Assembly (NCBI GenBank): GCA_001798185.1
Contig: MGRM01000006.1
Coordinates: 28,976 to 92,975, forward strand
Length of the DNA: 64,000 nucleotides
Direction: 5' to 3'
Source: Deltaproteobacteria bacterium RIFCSPHIGHO2_02_FULL_44_16
Lineage (GTDB): Bacteria > UBA10199 > 2-02-FULL-44-16
The notes beneath the pieces are model-generated. The model saw only the letters and a program-made list of their open reading frames with translations. It was not told the DNA's origin and ran no database searches. Position numbers and translations under genes: made by a program. Of the stretch, positions 46,318 through 55,618 are shown one piece after another (within the stretch, counting starts at the first letter, position 1; each line of letters begins with the position of its first letter).

Positions 46318-46935
46318 ATGAAATCAACATCGCTCTTGAGTATTTTTTTCTCTCTTGTCGTCTTTGCATTGAGCAGTACTGGCCAGGCACAAACCGTTGC
46401 TGTTTATCCTGTCAAAACAGAAGGATTTAAACTGAATGAAAGTGAAGTGATTGAAATGCATCGTATTGCCATGCAATCGTGTTTTGATGCAGGACTTACG
46501 TGCAGTGGCCGTGGTGGCACAACAGGAAATGTTCAGCGTGAACAGGGATTTTCAGGTGGAGGCGGTGCCATAGCAGCAGCACAGTATGTTGCTGAATGTT
46601 CACTCGTTGGAAAAACCGAAGATCGTTATAATGTCGGCACCAAAAAAGGAGGATTACCAATTATAGGCGGCGCTGCCGGAAAAATTGGCGACACTCGTGT
46701 TTTTGGTGGAACAAGAGTCAATCTGAGCGGTATCCGTATCGGTGGCAGTGGAATGAACCTCGCGTGCCAATTCTCACGAACAACAGATGGTGTGCTTGTT
46801 TTTTCTGAATCCAATGAAAAAATGGGACTTTCAGGAGAACTCGTTGTCTTTGAAGCGCGTTCTTCAAATGTCAAAAAACTTCAAGGCGCATTTACCAAAA
46901 TGTTTCAAAAAGCAAAGCCGCGCCTCGCAATATAA
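46318..46935 (+). CDS. hypothetical secreted Gly-rich protein
   Basis: Signal peptide (LLSIFFSLVVFALSSTGQA), then Gly-rich beta-type sequence. Confidence 0.35.
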   Translation: MKSTSLLSIFFSLVVFALSSTGQAQTVAVYPVKTEGFKLNESEVIEMHRIAMQSCFDAGLTCSGRGGTTGNVQREQGFSGGGGAIAAAQYVAECSLVGKTEDRYNVGTKKGGLPIIGGAAGKIGDTRVFGGTRVNLSGIRIGGSGMNLACQFSRTTDGVLVFSESNEKMGLSGELVVFEARSSNVKKLQGAFTKMFQKAKPRLAI

Positions 46936-46939
46936 AAAA

Positions 46940-47512
46940 TTATTTATCACTCATATTTTTAGCGTCAAAAATGATGCCCAATTCCATCTCCACGGCACGA
47001 GCAAGAAGAAAACAATAGTCAGAGAGTCGATTGAAATAAATCAGCCCTTGTGTGTTGTCATAACCACCACTTTTAGAAAGCGCGATAGCGCACCGCTCAA
47101 AGCGTCTGGCAATAGTACGTGCAACATCGAGGTGAGCTGAAACCGGATGCGCACCCGGTACAAGAAATGATTTTGGAAGTTTCAATTGCGATTCAATGTT
47201 TTTCATCCGCGCTTCGATCCATGCCACATGTTTTTCTGTGGTCGGTTCAATCCATGAATGTTTTTTTGGATCGATACACGCAAGTTCTCCTCCAATGCGA
47301 AAAAGATCGACTTGAAGTTCACGAATTTCGTCGGCTCGTTTACTTTTCGAAAGCAAACTTCGTGCAACCCCGAGCTGAGACACAAGCTCATCAAGCGTTC
47401 CATAGGTTTCAAGTCGCAAGTCATCTTTCGAGATTTCTTCGCCTGAGAAAAGTCGCGTCGTCTGACGATCGCCAACTTTAGTAGTAATGCTCATCTGCTC
47501 CACTTTCATCAG
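46940..47512 (-). CDS. ATP:cob(I)alamin adenosyltransferase, PduO-type
   Basis: TKVGDRQTTRL...YGTLDEL...FLVPGAHPVSAHLDVARTIARRFER blocks. The upstream ORF extension overlaps the TPR gene and is not counted. Confidence 0.75.
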   Translation of the reverse strand: MMKVEQMSITTKVGDRQTTRLFSGEEISKDDLRLETYGTLDELVSQLGVARSLLSKSKRADEIRELQVDLFRIGGELACIDPKKHSWIEPTTEKHVAWIEARMKNIESQLKLPKSFLVPGAHPVSAHLDVARTIARRFERCAIALSKSGGYDNTQGLIYFNRLSDYCFLLARAVEMELGIIFDAKNMSDK

Positions 47513-47981
47513 AAATTGTTTTTCCGGTGATTTTATTTTGCAAAAGTTCAATCTGTTCGTGCCAATAGTCATCGTCTTCTTCCACAAGTGACTGAGCTTT
47601 GTCGAGAAATCCAAGGGCTTCATCAGGACGATCATTTTCAAAAAGAACCTTTGCAAGATAGAAATACGCAATGCCGTTTGTTGTGTCGACATTGATCGCT
47701 TCATGAAAATATCGTTCAGCCTTCTCAAGATTTTCTGCATTCATAGCTGCGATGCCCTTTTCCACAAGTTGTGCTGATGCTTTTCGTTTGGGAATATTTA
47801 CTTCCCGTTTTTCAGGAGGTTTTTTCATATCAGGGACAGGATAGGCTCGCTCTTCAGGAGAACGTTTGGATTGTTTGGTCGTTGCGCAATGAACGCAAAA
47901 GAAAAGGACAAAAATACTCAGTAAGATTCGTTTTGCGATTCTTTTGGTGGAAGTTCGTGTGAAATGTCGATGTCGTTGCAT
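47478..47981 (-). CDS. tetratricopeptide-repeat lipoprotein
   Basis: Signal peptide/lipobox (FFCVHCATT); TPR-like AERYFHEAI...AYFYLAKVL. Confidence 0.5.
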   Translation of the reverse strand: MQRHRHFTRTSTKRIAKRILLSIFVLFFCVHCATTKQSKRSPEERAYPVPDMKKPPEKREVNIPKRKASAQLVEKGIAAMNAENLEKAERYFHEAINVDTTNGIAYFYLAKVLFENDRPDEALGFLDKAQSLVEEDDDYWHEQIELLQNKITGKTISDESGADEHYY

Positions 47982-50251
47982 GACTCAGTCGGCTCAGTTC
48001 CTTCAATAAAGGCTTCATACAAATAATCTGGACATCGGGAGGTTGCAAGCCCTCCTGTATCGTGATCCACCTTTATCAAAACCACATCGTTCGGACGAGT
48101 GAAATCTTGTGAGCCTGGACGAATGACTTTTTTCATAAATGCTGTCCACATGGGAAGTGCAGCGCGCGCGCCGCTCATTTTTTTCATCTCGGCATTATCA
48201 TCAAAACCAACCCATGTAAGTGCCAGCAGATCAGGAGTAAAACCGACAAACCAGGCATCGCGATAGTCTGAAGTGGTTCCGGTTTTTCCCGCAACAACTC
48301 CCGAAAGACCAAGTGCACGCGCGCCGACACCCGTCCCCCGATCCATCACCCCTCTCAGCACATGTGTTGTGACATAGACGGGACGAGGATCAAAACGGCG
48401 CTGCATTTTGACGCGTCTTCGCTCAAGAACTTCACCTTCTTTTGTGACTACATGCAAAAGAGAAATCGGTTCTGCTCGAATTCCGCTATTCGGAAAAAGT
48501 GTATACGCAGACGCAAGTTCCAAAGGAGTTACTTCAAACGCACCAAGCGCAAGAGAAGGGACAGCCAAGAGATTACCGTGAATGCCTGCTTCGCGTGCTG
48601 TTTGCACCACATTCTCAAGTCCTGTTTGAATGGCGAGTTTTGCGGTTGCGATATTGTAACTATTTTCAAGAGCTGTGCGTACGGTGATGGTTCCATGTTC
48701 CTCTTCATCATAATTTCTTGGGCTCCACGGTTCACCGCCAGCTTCTACCGTAAAAGAACGATCTTCAATCAGCGTTGAGGGCGTCACTGGGACCTGACTT
48801 CGCTCCTGATCAAACGCTGTTAAATAAACAAAGGGCTTAAAGGTTGAACCTGGCTGACGATGGGCTTGCGCACATCGATTAAATTGACTCCGCTCATAAT
48901 CACGTCCTCCCACCATCGTCCGAATATATCCATTGGAGGGTTGAATTGAAATCAAACAGGTTTCCAATGGATCAGGATGATTTTTTGGAAGAAGAGAAGC
49001 ATAAGCTGTTTCAAGTTTTTTAAGTTCTGTATCAATCACTTCTTCGGCGACAACCTGGGCGTGCATATCAAGCGTTGTAAAAATGCGTAATCCCTCGCTT
49101 TCAAGGAGCTCCTCAGAAAAATTTGCTGCGAGTTCCTGTTTCACAAAATCGATAAAAAAAGGAGCTGTCGCCCGTTTCATTTTCTGTTTGGGTGAAACAA
49201 CGACTTCATTTATTGCCATGTGATATTCTTTTTCGCTTAAAAGTTCTGCTTTGAGCATTTTCATGAGGATTTGATTTCGGCGGGAAATACCTTTTTCAAG
49301 ATTGGTAAAAGGACTATAACGTCCTGGAGATTGAATCATCCCTGCAAGATAGGCTGATTCTGCAACTGTGAGTTGCTTCACATTTTTTCCGAAATAATAT
49401 TTTGCTGCTTCAGCAACACCAGAAACAGAAGATGCGCCGCGTTGGCCGAGATAAATTTCATTAATATAGGCCTGAAGAATTTCTGATTTTGAATGATGGC
49501 GTTCAAGTTCAAGCGCCATAAGTTGTTCGTTGATTTTTCGTAAAAAAGATTTTCGTGGATGAAGAAAGAAATTTTTAATGAGCTGCTGTGTCAGTGTTGA
49601 TCCTCCCTGAACAATGCCCACTGCTTTGATGTTTGCAACCAGAGCACGAGCAATGCCGACAGGATCAATACCATGATGTTTAAAAAAACGTTCGTCTTCA
49701 ATGAGAATAATTGCTTCAAGAAGTGAAGGAGGAACTTCTTCAAGTGTCACAACTGTTCGATCTTCCATGCGCTCATCAAAAATAGAAGCAACGACCTCCG
49801 GTTCCAGACGAGCAAGTTCCAGCTCTTTTTTTTCTTCGCGGTGAAGGAGCTTTACAATGACCGTACGATCAAGTTCAATTCTTAAAGGAAAACCGCGAAA
49901 GCGGTCGCCAGGGTAATCAAAATCGTGAAGATAAATATCAAGATGCTGACGAGCCTTCGCATAATCGCCAGGGCCTTCAATGCGACTTCCGGTATTGCGA
50001 TATCCAAGGCGATCGAGTTTTTCAAGGAGCTTGCGAGTATTGATATCGATACCGGGATAGAGATATTCGGCATCAGAAAAAACACGTGACGGGAGATTCC
50101 ACTTTCGCGCGCGATCAAATTTTTCTTCAATTTGATACGCAAGATATTTGGAATAAAGAAAAAGTCCCACTCCTCCACAAAGAATCAGGAGTAAAAACCG
50201 CTTCACCCATTTTCGCTTTCGCTTCGGTTGTTGTTGATAACGTCGTCGCAT
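47918..50251 (-). CDS. mrcA: penicillin-binding protein 1A (bifunctional glycosyltransferase/transpeptidase)
   Basis: GT51 motif GGSTLTQQLIKN; transpeptidase STFKPF (SxxK), SYN and KTGTT. Confidence 0.9.
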   Translation of the reverse strand: MRRRYQQQPKRKRKWVKRFLLLILCGGVGLFLYSKYLAYQIEEKFDRARKWNLPSRVFSDAEYLYPGIDINTRKLLEKLDRLGYRNTGSRIEGPGDYAKARQHLDIYLHDFDYPGDRFRGFPLRIELDRTVIVKLLHREEKKELELARLEPEVVASIFDERMEDRTVVTLEEVPPSLLEAIILIEDERFFKHHGIDPVGIARALVANIKAVGIVQGGSTLTQQLIKNFFLHPRKSFLRKINEQLMALELERHHSKSEILQAYINEIYLGQRGASSVSGVAEAAKYYFGKNVKQLTVAESAYLAGMIQSPGRYSPFTNLEKGISRRNQILMKMLKAELLSEKEYHMAINEVVVSPKQKMKRATAPFFIDFVKQELAANFSEELLESEGLRIFTTLDMHAQVVAEEVIDTELKKLETAYASLLPKNHPDPLETCLISIQPSNGYIRTMVGGRDYERSQFNRCAQAHRQPGSTFKPFVYLTAFDQERSQVPVTPSTLIEDRSFTVEAGGEPWSPRNYDEEEHGTITVRTALENSYNIATAKLAIQTGLENVVQTAREAGIHGNLLAVPSLALGAFEVTPLELASAYTLFPNSGIRAEPISLLHVVTKEGEVLERRRVKMQRRFDPRPVYVTTHVLRGVMDRGTGVGARALGLSGVVAGKTGTTSDYRDAWFVGFTPDLLALTWVGFDDNAEMKKMSGARAALPMWTAFMKKVIRPGSQDFTRPNDVVLIKVDHDTGGLATSRCPDYLYEAFIEGTEPTESCNDIDISHELPPKESQNESY

Positions 50252-50261
50252 AAAGATTGTC

Positions 50262-51578
50262 TTAATCGAGTACCAGCAGATACACTTCGCGTTGTTTCTC
50301 CAGAGTTTTTGCTATTTTCCTGGCGCGCCCTTCAGTGTCGCCGCTTTTCTTGAGATCTTCTAAAGCTTGTTCTATGACCTCTTTTGCTTCCTTATATTTT
50401 TTTTGCGCCGCATAACTTTCAGCCCACACAAGCGCCGCGCGCGGTTTTGCCACAGCTTCTGAACGTTCATAGCCGCGTTTTGCCATCTCTGCAGCGCGCG
50501 TTAACTCTCCGGCATCAAGAAGCGCCTGAGCATACATGCGATCCAGAGGCCAGTAATCGGGGAGCTCTTTCATCGCGCGCTCCAGAAACGCCATCGCCCG
50601 TTTTGCTTTTCCTCCCTTACGATAAAAATAGGCAACATTCCCGATCATATGACGATTTTTTGAAAGCCCCCCTTGTCGATCGATCAGTTTTTCTCCAAGA
50701 CGCGCTCCTTCTAAAGAAAGAGCCGGAATGCGGTCATACATTTCAAGTTCTTTCACGATATCGATGAGTTGAAAGAGATGATCATCAACAAGAACCCATG
50801 CCACTTTTGGCGAAAGATCCTCGAAATGATCGATACGACTTTCGATCACCTCTTTTGCCTGTTGCAAATAAAATTGCTTGATGACGGCAGAATCAAAAAG
50901 CATTCCTAAACGATGATAAAAATCAGGAAGCGAAACAGAAGAGGGAAAGAGATCAATCGCCTCTCGCAGAAGAAGGAGCTTTTCTTTTCTCTCGAGTGAT
51001 TCAAACTGAGTGAGTGCATACAGCACATCTTCGAGGAACGGATCTTTTCTCTCTTTGAAGATCGTGTAGGCTTCCTGATATTTTGCGAGTGCCTCTTTTT
51101 CTTTTCCTTCGTCTTCAAAGGCTTTCGCTTCAGCAAATTCTAGATAACCAGGCGTTTCCGATTTTGCCTTTGTGACACGTGAGAGAAACTCTTCTGGCGT
51201 TGCAATCGTATTCAATCGTGTCAGTTCTTTGAGATCAGAAGAAAAAAGAATGTAGGTCGGAAAACCAACGGCATGAAATTTTTCAATGAACGACTGCGTT
51301 TCCGGAAGATCACCATCAAGATGAAGAAGCACAAATGAAGCTAAGGTTTCTTGCACTTTTGGATCCGGAAAAATCCGCTCTTCGACATATTTACAATACT
51401 GGCACCACTGCGTCGACACTTCCACAAACAAGAGGCTGCGCCTCTTTTCTGTTTCGCTTACAGCTTCGTCCCAATTTTGATGCCACGAAAGGGTTTCGCC
51501 CTTTTCTGAAATTTTTCGACTACATGCTGTACAAAGAGAGAGACAGAACACGATCAGAAAAATTTTTTTGAAATTCAT
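50262..51578 (-). CDS. thioredoxin-fold (CxxC) plus TPR lipoprotein
   Basis: Lipobox LSLCTAC; WCQYC thioredoxin motif; TPR repeats in the C-terminal region. Confidence 0.55.
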   Translation of the reverse strand: MNFKKIFLIVFCLSLCTACSRKISEKGETLSWHQNWDEAVSETEKRRSLLFVEVSTQWCQYCKYVEERIFPDPKVQETLASFVLLHLDGDLPETQSFIEKFHAVGFPTYILFSSDLKELTRLNTIATPEEFLSRVTKAKSETPGYLEFAEAKAFEDEGKEKEALAKYQEAYTIFKERKDPFLEDVLYALTQFESLERKEKLLLLREAIDLFPSSVSLPDFYHRLGMLFDSAVIKQFYLQQAKEVIESRIDHFEDLSPKVAWVLVDDHLFQLIDIVKELEMYDRIPALSLEGARLGEKLIDRQGGLSKNRHMIGNVAYFYRKGGKAKRAMAFLERAMKELPDYWPLDRMYAQALLDAGELTRAAEMAKRGYERSEAVAKPRAALVWAESYAAQKKYKEAKEVIEQALEDLKKSGDTEGRARKIAKTLEKQREVYLLVLD

Positions 51579-51589
51579 GGTCAATCTCC

Positions 51590-52777
51590 TCACGTGTGGA
51601 GCACAGCACATTTTAAATATCTGGTTTCAGGAATTGCAAGATGAACAGGATGATCAGACGCTTGTCCGCCACGCCAAAGGAGCTGCGCTGTATTCCCACT
51701 TTCATCACTTGCCTGAAAGAGCATGTTCATAAAATCATCGTCGGAAAGATGCATGGAACAAGAAGCACTCATGAGCAAACCATCAGCAGGAAGAAGAGAA
51801 AGTGCCAACTGATTAAGGCGTTGATAAGCTTTAAACCCAGCGCTCATGTCTTTTTGACGTTTGATAAAGGCGGGAGGATCAACAACAACGACATCAAACA
51901 TTTTCTTTTGTGCAACCAAAGCACGCAGCACATCAAAAGCATCATCGCAAATAATTTTTACTCGATCTGTAACCTGATTTCGCTCAGCATTTTGTGTAAG
52001 CCAGTGTAAAGCGGTTTGAGAACTATCAACACAGACGACCTCTTTCGCACCATGAACTGCCGCTTCAACACCCCACGCTCCGATATAACTAAAAACATCG
52101 AGAATGCGTTTGCCTCGAACATGTTTTAAAAACCAAGCGCGGTTCTCGTGCTGATCAAAAAACCATCCTGTTTTCTGACCTTCCCAAATGGGAATGTGAA
52201 ACGTTGTTTCATGTTCCGTGAGGAAAACTTCTTTCGGTGGATCACCATAGGCAGCAGCCACTTCGAAAGAAAGTCCTTCGAGTTCACGAAGTGACACATC
52301 GTTTCGCCACAAAATACTCTTCGGCTTGAGGACCGCACAAAGAGCTTCGACAATCATGGTTTTGCAGCGCTCCATGCCAGCGGTGGAAATTTGAGCTACA
52401 AGCACATCACCATAGCGATCTACAATTAATCCCGGGACACAGTCCCCTTCTGCAAAGAGAAGACGATAAAAGGGTTTCGCATAAAAACGCTCGCGCAGAT
52501 GAAGTGCTTTTTGAAAACGTTCGATGAACCAAGCTGCTGTGAGCTCTTCAACTTTTCTGCTCATAAGCCGCGCACAAATAAGGGAATGAGGATTCACATA
52601 CGCTGTTCCAATTTTTTTCCCGTTTGCACTTTCAACGGCAACAAGCTGACCCGGCTCAAACTGCTTCAGTGGTGTTTGTTCAGTATCGATTTCATTACTG
52701 AAGATCCACAGATGGCCTGCTTCAATGCGCCGCTCTTCGCGTTTTTTAAGTTTAAGAATGGGAAATGAAGGAGTCAT
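51590..52777 (-). CDS. class I SAM-dependent rRNA methyltransferase (RlmI/RlmK-like, PUA + MTase)
   Basis: PUA-like N-terminus; ILDVFSYIGAWG SAM motif; VVVDPPAF motif IV. Confidence 0.7.
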   Translation of the reverse strand: MTPSFPILKLKKREERRIEAGHLWIFSNEIDTEQTPLKQFEPGQLVAVESANGKKIGTAYVNPHSLICARLMSRKVEELTAAWFIERFQKALHLRERFYAKPFYRLLFAEGDCVPGLIVDRYGDVLVAQISTAGMERCKTMIVEALCAVLKPKSILWRNDVSLRELEGLSFEVAAAYGDPPKEVFLTEHETTFHIPIWEGQKTGWFFDQHENRAWFLKHVRGKRILDVFSYIGAWGVEAAVHGAKEVVCVDSSQTALHWLTQNAERNQVTDRVKIICDDAFDVLRALVAQKKMFDVVVVDPPAFIKRQKDMSAGFKAYQRLNQLALSLLPADGLLMSASCSMHLSDDDFMNMLFQASDESGNTAQLLWRGGQASDHPVHLAIPETRYLKCAVLHT

Positions 52778-52888
52778 GATATCTCCCTGTCTATTCGATT
52801 TCATCGAGTGAATGCAAGATATTGAAAGTTCTCTGGTCAAGAAAAGAGAAATCCGAGGGTGTTGCAAAACCAGAGGTTGAGAGAGTTT

Positions 52889-53227
52889 TTATTTCTTTTG
52901 ATAACGATAGAGAAGCACGGTTGTTTTTTCGACGGTCACCAATCCTTCCTGAATCATCGTGTCAATCTGTTCGCAAAATTTATCAATCTTTTCTTCGGCA
53001 TCAACAATTTCAATGACGATTGGCAAATCTGCTGAAAGTCGAAGAATTTTGGCGGTGTGAATGCGACTTGACGCTCCGAATCCTTCAATACCTCTGAGCA
53101 CCGTACAACCAGCAAGCCCTTCTTTCTTGGCACGATGGACAATGGCTTCGTAAAGTGGTTTCCCTTCATAGCGGTCAGATTCACCGATAAAAATGCGAAG
53201 CAGTTTTCCATCCTCTGGAATCTTCAT
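52889..53227 (-). CDS. DUF190 (PII-like) protein, CrcB-associated
   Basis: KLLRIFIGESDRYEGKPLYEAIV... is typical of DUF190; directly downstream of crcB. Confidence 0.7.
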   Translation of the reverse strand: MKIPEDGKLLRIFIGESDRYEGKPLYEAIVHRAKKEGLAGCTVLRGIEGFGASSRIHTAKILRLSADLPIVIEIVDAEEKIDKFCEQIDTMIQEGLVTVEKTTVLLYRYQKK

Positions 53228-53239
53228 TCATCTCCCCTT

Positions 53240-53614
53240 TCAAAAAAGTCGCGCAAACAAGACACCGATCAACAATCCCGCAAAACAGAGGATAAGACTG
53301 CCAAACACATTGCATGCAGCGAAAAAAAATTCACCGGCTTTAAAAAGCATCCAGGTTTCATAGGCAAAACTGGAAAATGTCGTGAAAGCGCCAAGAAATC
53401 CGATGAAGACAGCCATACGAAAATCTGAAGCAAGAAAATATTTTTCGTCAACAAGAGTTCCGAGAAACCCGATGACAAAGCATCCAAGCACATTGACAAC
53501 AAAGGTACCGTAAGGAAACTGTGCTCCGAAAAGAGCATGAAGAGAACCGCTGAGAAGATATCGACCGAGTGTTCCGAGCGCTCCTGAAATTGCTAACAGC
53601 AAAAACCTCGACAT
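53240..53614 (-). CDS. crcB: fluoride ion channel CrcB/Fluc
   Basis: GALGTLGRY...VNVLGCFVIG...GFLGAFTTFSSF signature. Confidence 0.85.
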   Translation of the reverse strand: MSRFLLLAISGALGTLGRYLLSGSLHALFGAQFPYGTFVVNVLGCFVIGFLGTLVDEKYFLASDFRMAVFIGFLGAFTTFSSFAYETWMLFKAGEFFFAACNVFGSLILCFAGLLIGVLFARLF

Positions 53615-53667
53615 TCTTCTTCCTCTCTCCTACTTGATCTTCCTAATTGATGTTGAGAGAAAGTAAA

Positions 53668-53901
53668 ATGCAAAAATCTCTGAAAATTTCTGTCATCGTA
53701 AAACCAAATGCGAAAAAAGTGTCGGTTGAAAAAATTGATGACCAGACTTATCGTATTTCTGTAAAATCCCCGCCCACCGAAGGAAAAGCCAATGAAGCAG
53801 TGATCAAAGCCATCGCTGAACACTTCTCCGTCGCACCATCATCCGTGCAAATTGTGAGAGGTTTTAAGGGAAAACGAAAAATAGTAAAGGTTCTCCTTTG
53901 A
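53668..53901 (+). CDS. DUF167 (YggU-like) protein
   Basis: KISVIVKPNAKK...ISVKSPPTEGKANEAVIKAIAEHF pattern. Confidence 0.6.
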   Translation: MQKSLKISVIVKPNAKKVSVEKIDDQTYRISVKSPPTEGKANEAVIKAIAEHFSVAPSSVQIVRGFKGKRKIVKVLL

Positions 53902-53975
53902 ATAAAAAATCCGTATTTTTTCTGGTCAAGTGAACGCTTTGTGTGCTTAGAAGGAAGTGCGCCGAAAGGATCAAC

Positions 53976-54480
53976 TATGGCGCATTCTCTTTTTCAAACC
54001 ATTGATTACATCGATTTTGTGAATACGATCAAGTCTCGCATCAGAGACGCTCGAATTGCTGCATCTCGCAAGGTAAATAAAGAGCTGATTCATCTTTATT
54101 AGTCGATTGGAAAGACCATTGTTGAAAAGCAAGAACAACTTGGCTGGGGGAAAGCTGTTGTAGAAAAACTCTCGAAAGACCTCAGAAAAGAATTTTCGGG
54201 ATCTACTGGATTTTCAGCCAGAAATCTTTGGGACATGAGGAGATTTTATGAAGAATATCATGCTGATATAAAACTGCGACAACTTGTCGCAGAAATTCCT
54301 TGGGGCCAGAATCTCCTTATTTTGAACAAAGTAAAAGATTTGCCTGCTCGCATATATTATCTTCAAACAACTCTCGAAATGGGATGGAGTCGGAACATTC
54401 TGCTTCACCAGATCAAATCTCAAGCCTACGAACGACAGCAACTCATTCCGAAACAACATAATTTTGACGAGCACATGTTT
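53976..54480 (+). pseudogene. DUF1016 (YhcG-like, PDDEXK-nuclease family) gene remnant: in-frame TAG plus C-terminal truncation
   Basis: ...KVNKELIHLY*SIGKTIVEKQEQLGWGKAVVEKLSKDLRKEFSGSTGFSARNLWDMRRFY... TAG replaces the conserved Trp of LYWxIG. The nuclease domain is absent. Confidence 0.5.
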
Positions 54481-54500
54481 TCGGCAGCGAGAGTTGAAGT

Positions 54501-54914
54501 TCATGACGGACGCATCAGAAAAAATAATCCTGCTAAACAAAGGACAATGCCAAATATTTTCTCGAACGTGAGCCCTTGTTTAAAAAACAAAATCGCAATG
54601 GGCAAGAGGAGCAAAACAGAAATGGCATTCACGGTAATTCCAGCATAGCCAACATGCCACCCTGTGCGATATGCAAGTAAAAATCCAAGTTCAATGCCAA
54701 TGATCCCGAGTGCAATACCAAGCATACTCCATGGAGCTTGCAACTGCTTTGAGCCTGTTGGCCACAACATCATTCCTGAAAGACAAAGCGCAAATGCCAT
54801 GAAGTAAACAATGGCTAAAGAAAAAAGTGGATTGAGGCCTTGAGGCAACTTTTTCATGGAAAGATGATAAATGAAAGTGCCAGCAGCAGCGATGATGATG
54901 GCGAGATAGTACAT
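54501..54914 (-). CDS. EamA-like small membrane transporter (4 TM helices)
   Basis: Four TM helices, DMT/EamA half-size topology. Confidence 0.45.
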   Translation of the reverse strand: MYYLAIIIAAAGTFIYHLSMKKLPQGLNPLFSLAIVYFMAFALCLSGMMLWPTGSKQLQAPWSMLGIALGIIGIELGFLLAYRTGWHVGYAGITVNAISVLLLLPIAILFFKQGLTFEKIFGIVLCLAGLFFLMRPS

Positions 54915-54923
54915 ACATTTTCC

Positions 54924-55397
54924 TTATTTTGCGCTCTCTTCATCATAAATCCGTATCAACTTCTTTTCTCGTTGATAACATTCAGCAGAACCGTAGTCGA
55001 AAAATTTTTCAATGTGAGCATGTTCGTGCATCCGTTTTCGCACATGCTTGATCGGACACCAGTGTCGTTCCGTGCGACCGCCAATCTCACGCGCATACGC
55101 AACGAGACCATTGAAGTAACTGCAATAGAGACAGTTCAGTTTTTCGATCGGTGTTAAATAGGGCAATTTGTGTCGATCAAAAATAAAATATTTTCGTCTC
55201 TCGATTTTCGGAATGGCAAAAATCGTAAAACAGATGCGATGATACATTTCCAGACACAGATCAAAAATCACCATCGGGAAAAAGAGCGAATAGATAAAAG
55301 GAATGCCGATCGCGACCCGCAACTTTCCAAGCATGGCTTTCCAGAATGAATCTGAATCGAGCGGAAAGGGACCTGTTATTTTTTCTTGAGTTGGCAT
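54924..55397 (-). CDS. hypothetical protein
   Basis: 157 aa with one TM segment. Confidence 0.3.
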   Translation of the reverse strand: MPTQEKITGPFPLDSDSFWKAMLGKLRVAIGIPFIYSLFFPMVIFDLCLEMYHRICFTIFAIPKIERRKYFIFDRHKLPYLTPIEKLNCLYCSYFNGLVAYAREIGGRTERHWCPIKHVRKRMHEHAHIEKFFDYGSAECYQREKKLIRIYDEESAK

Positions 55398-55416
55398 ATT
55401 TTTTCCGCAGTATTTT

Positions 55417-55506
<90 letters not shown>

Positions 55507-55618
55507 AATTGGCAGCGCCCCGACGAACGAAGAACGAAAAACGTAAACGGTTCCTACCATGCTGATCTGATTTGTCTAGAGTGGATACGTACTGAGCGAG
55601 CATCTGCGAGTCGGAGCA

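Noticed and set aside
46940-47740. Full 266-aa ORF for the PduO-type adenosyltransferase
   Set aside because: The N-terminal 80 residues overlap the TPR gene on the same strand and have no homology. The ATG at about 47512 or 47497 gives a normal-length PduO.
53615-53667. Looked for a fluoride riboswitch upstream of crcB
   Set aside because: Only ~50 nt separate crcB from the divergent DUF167 gene, and the sequence lacks the conserved fluoride-riboswitch core. No call made.
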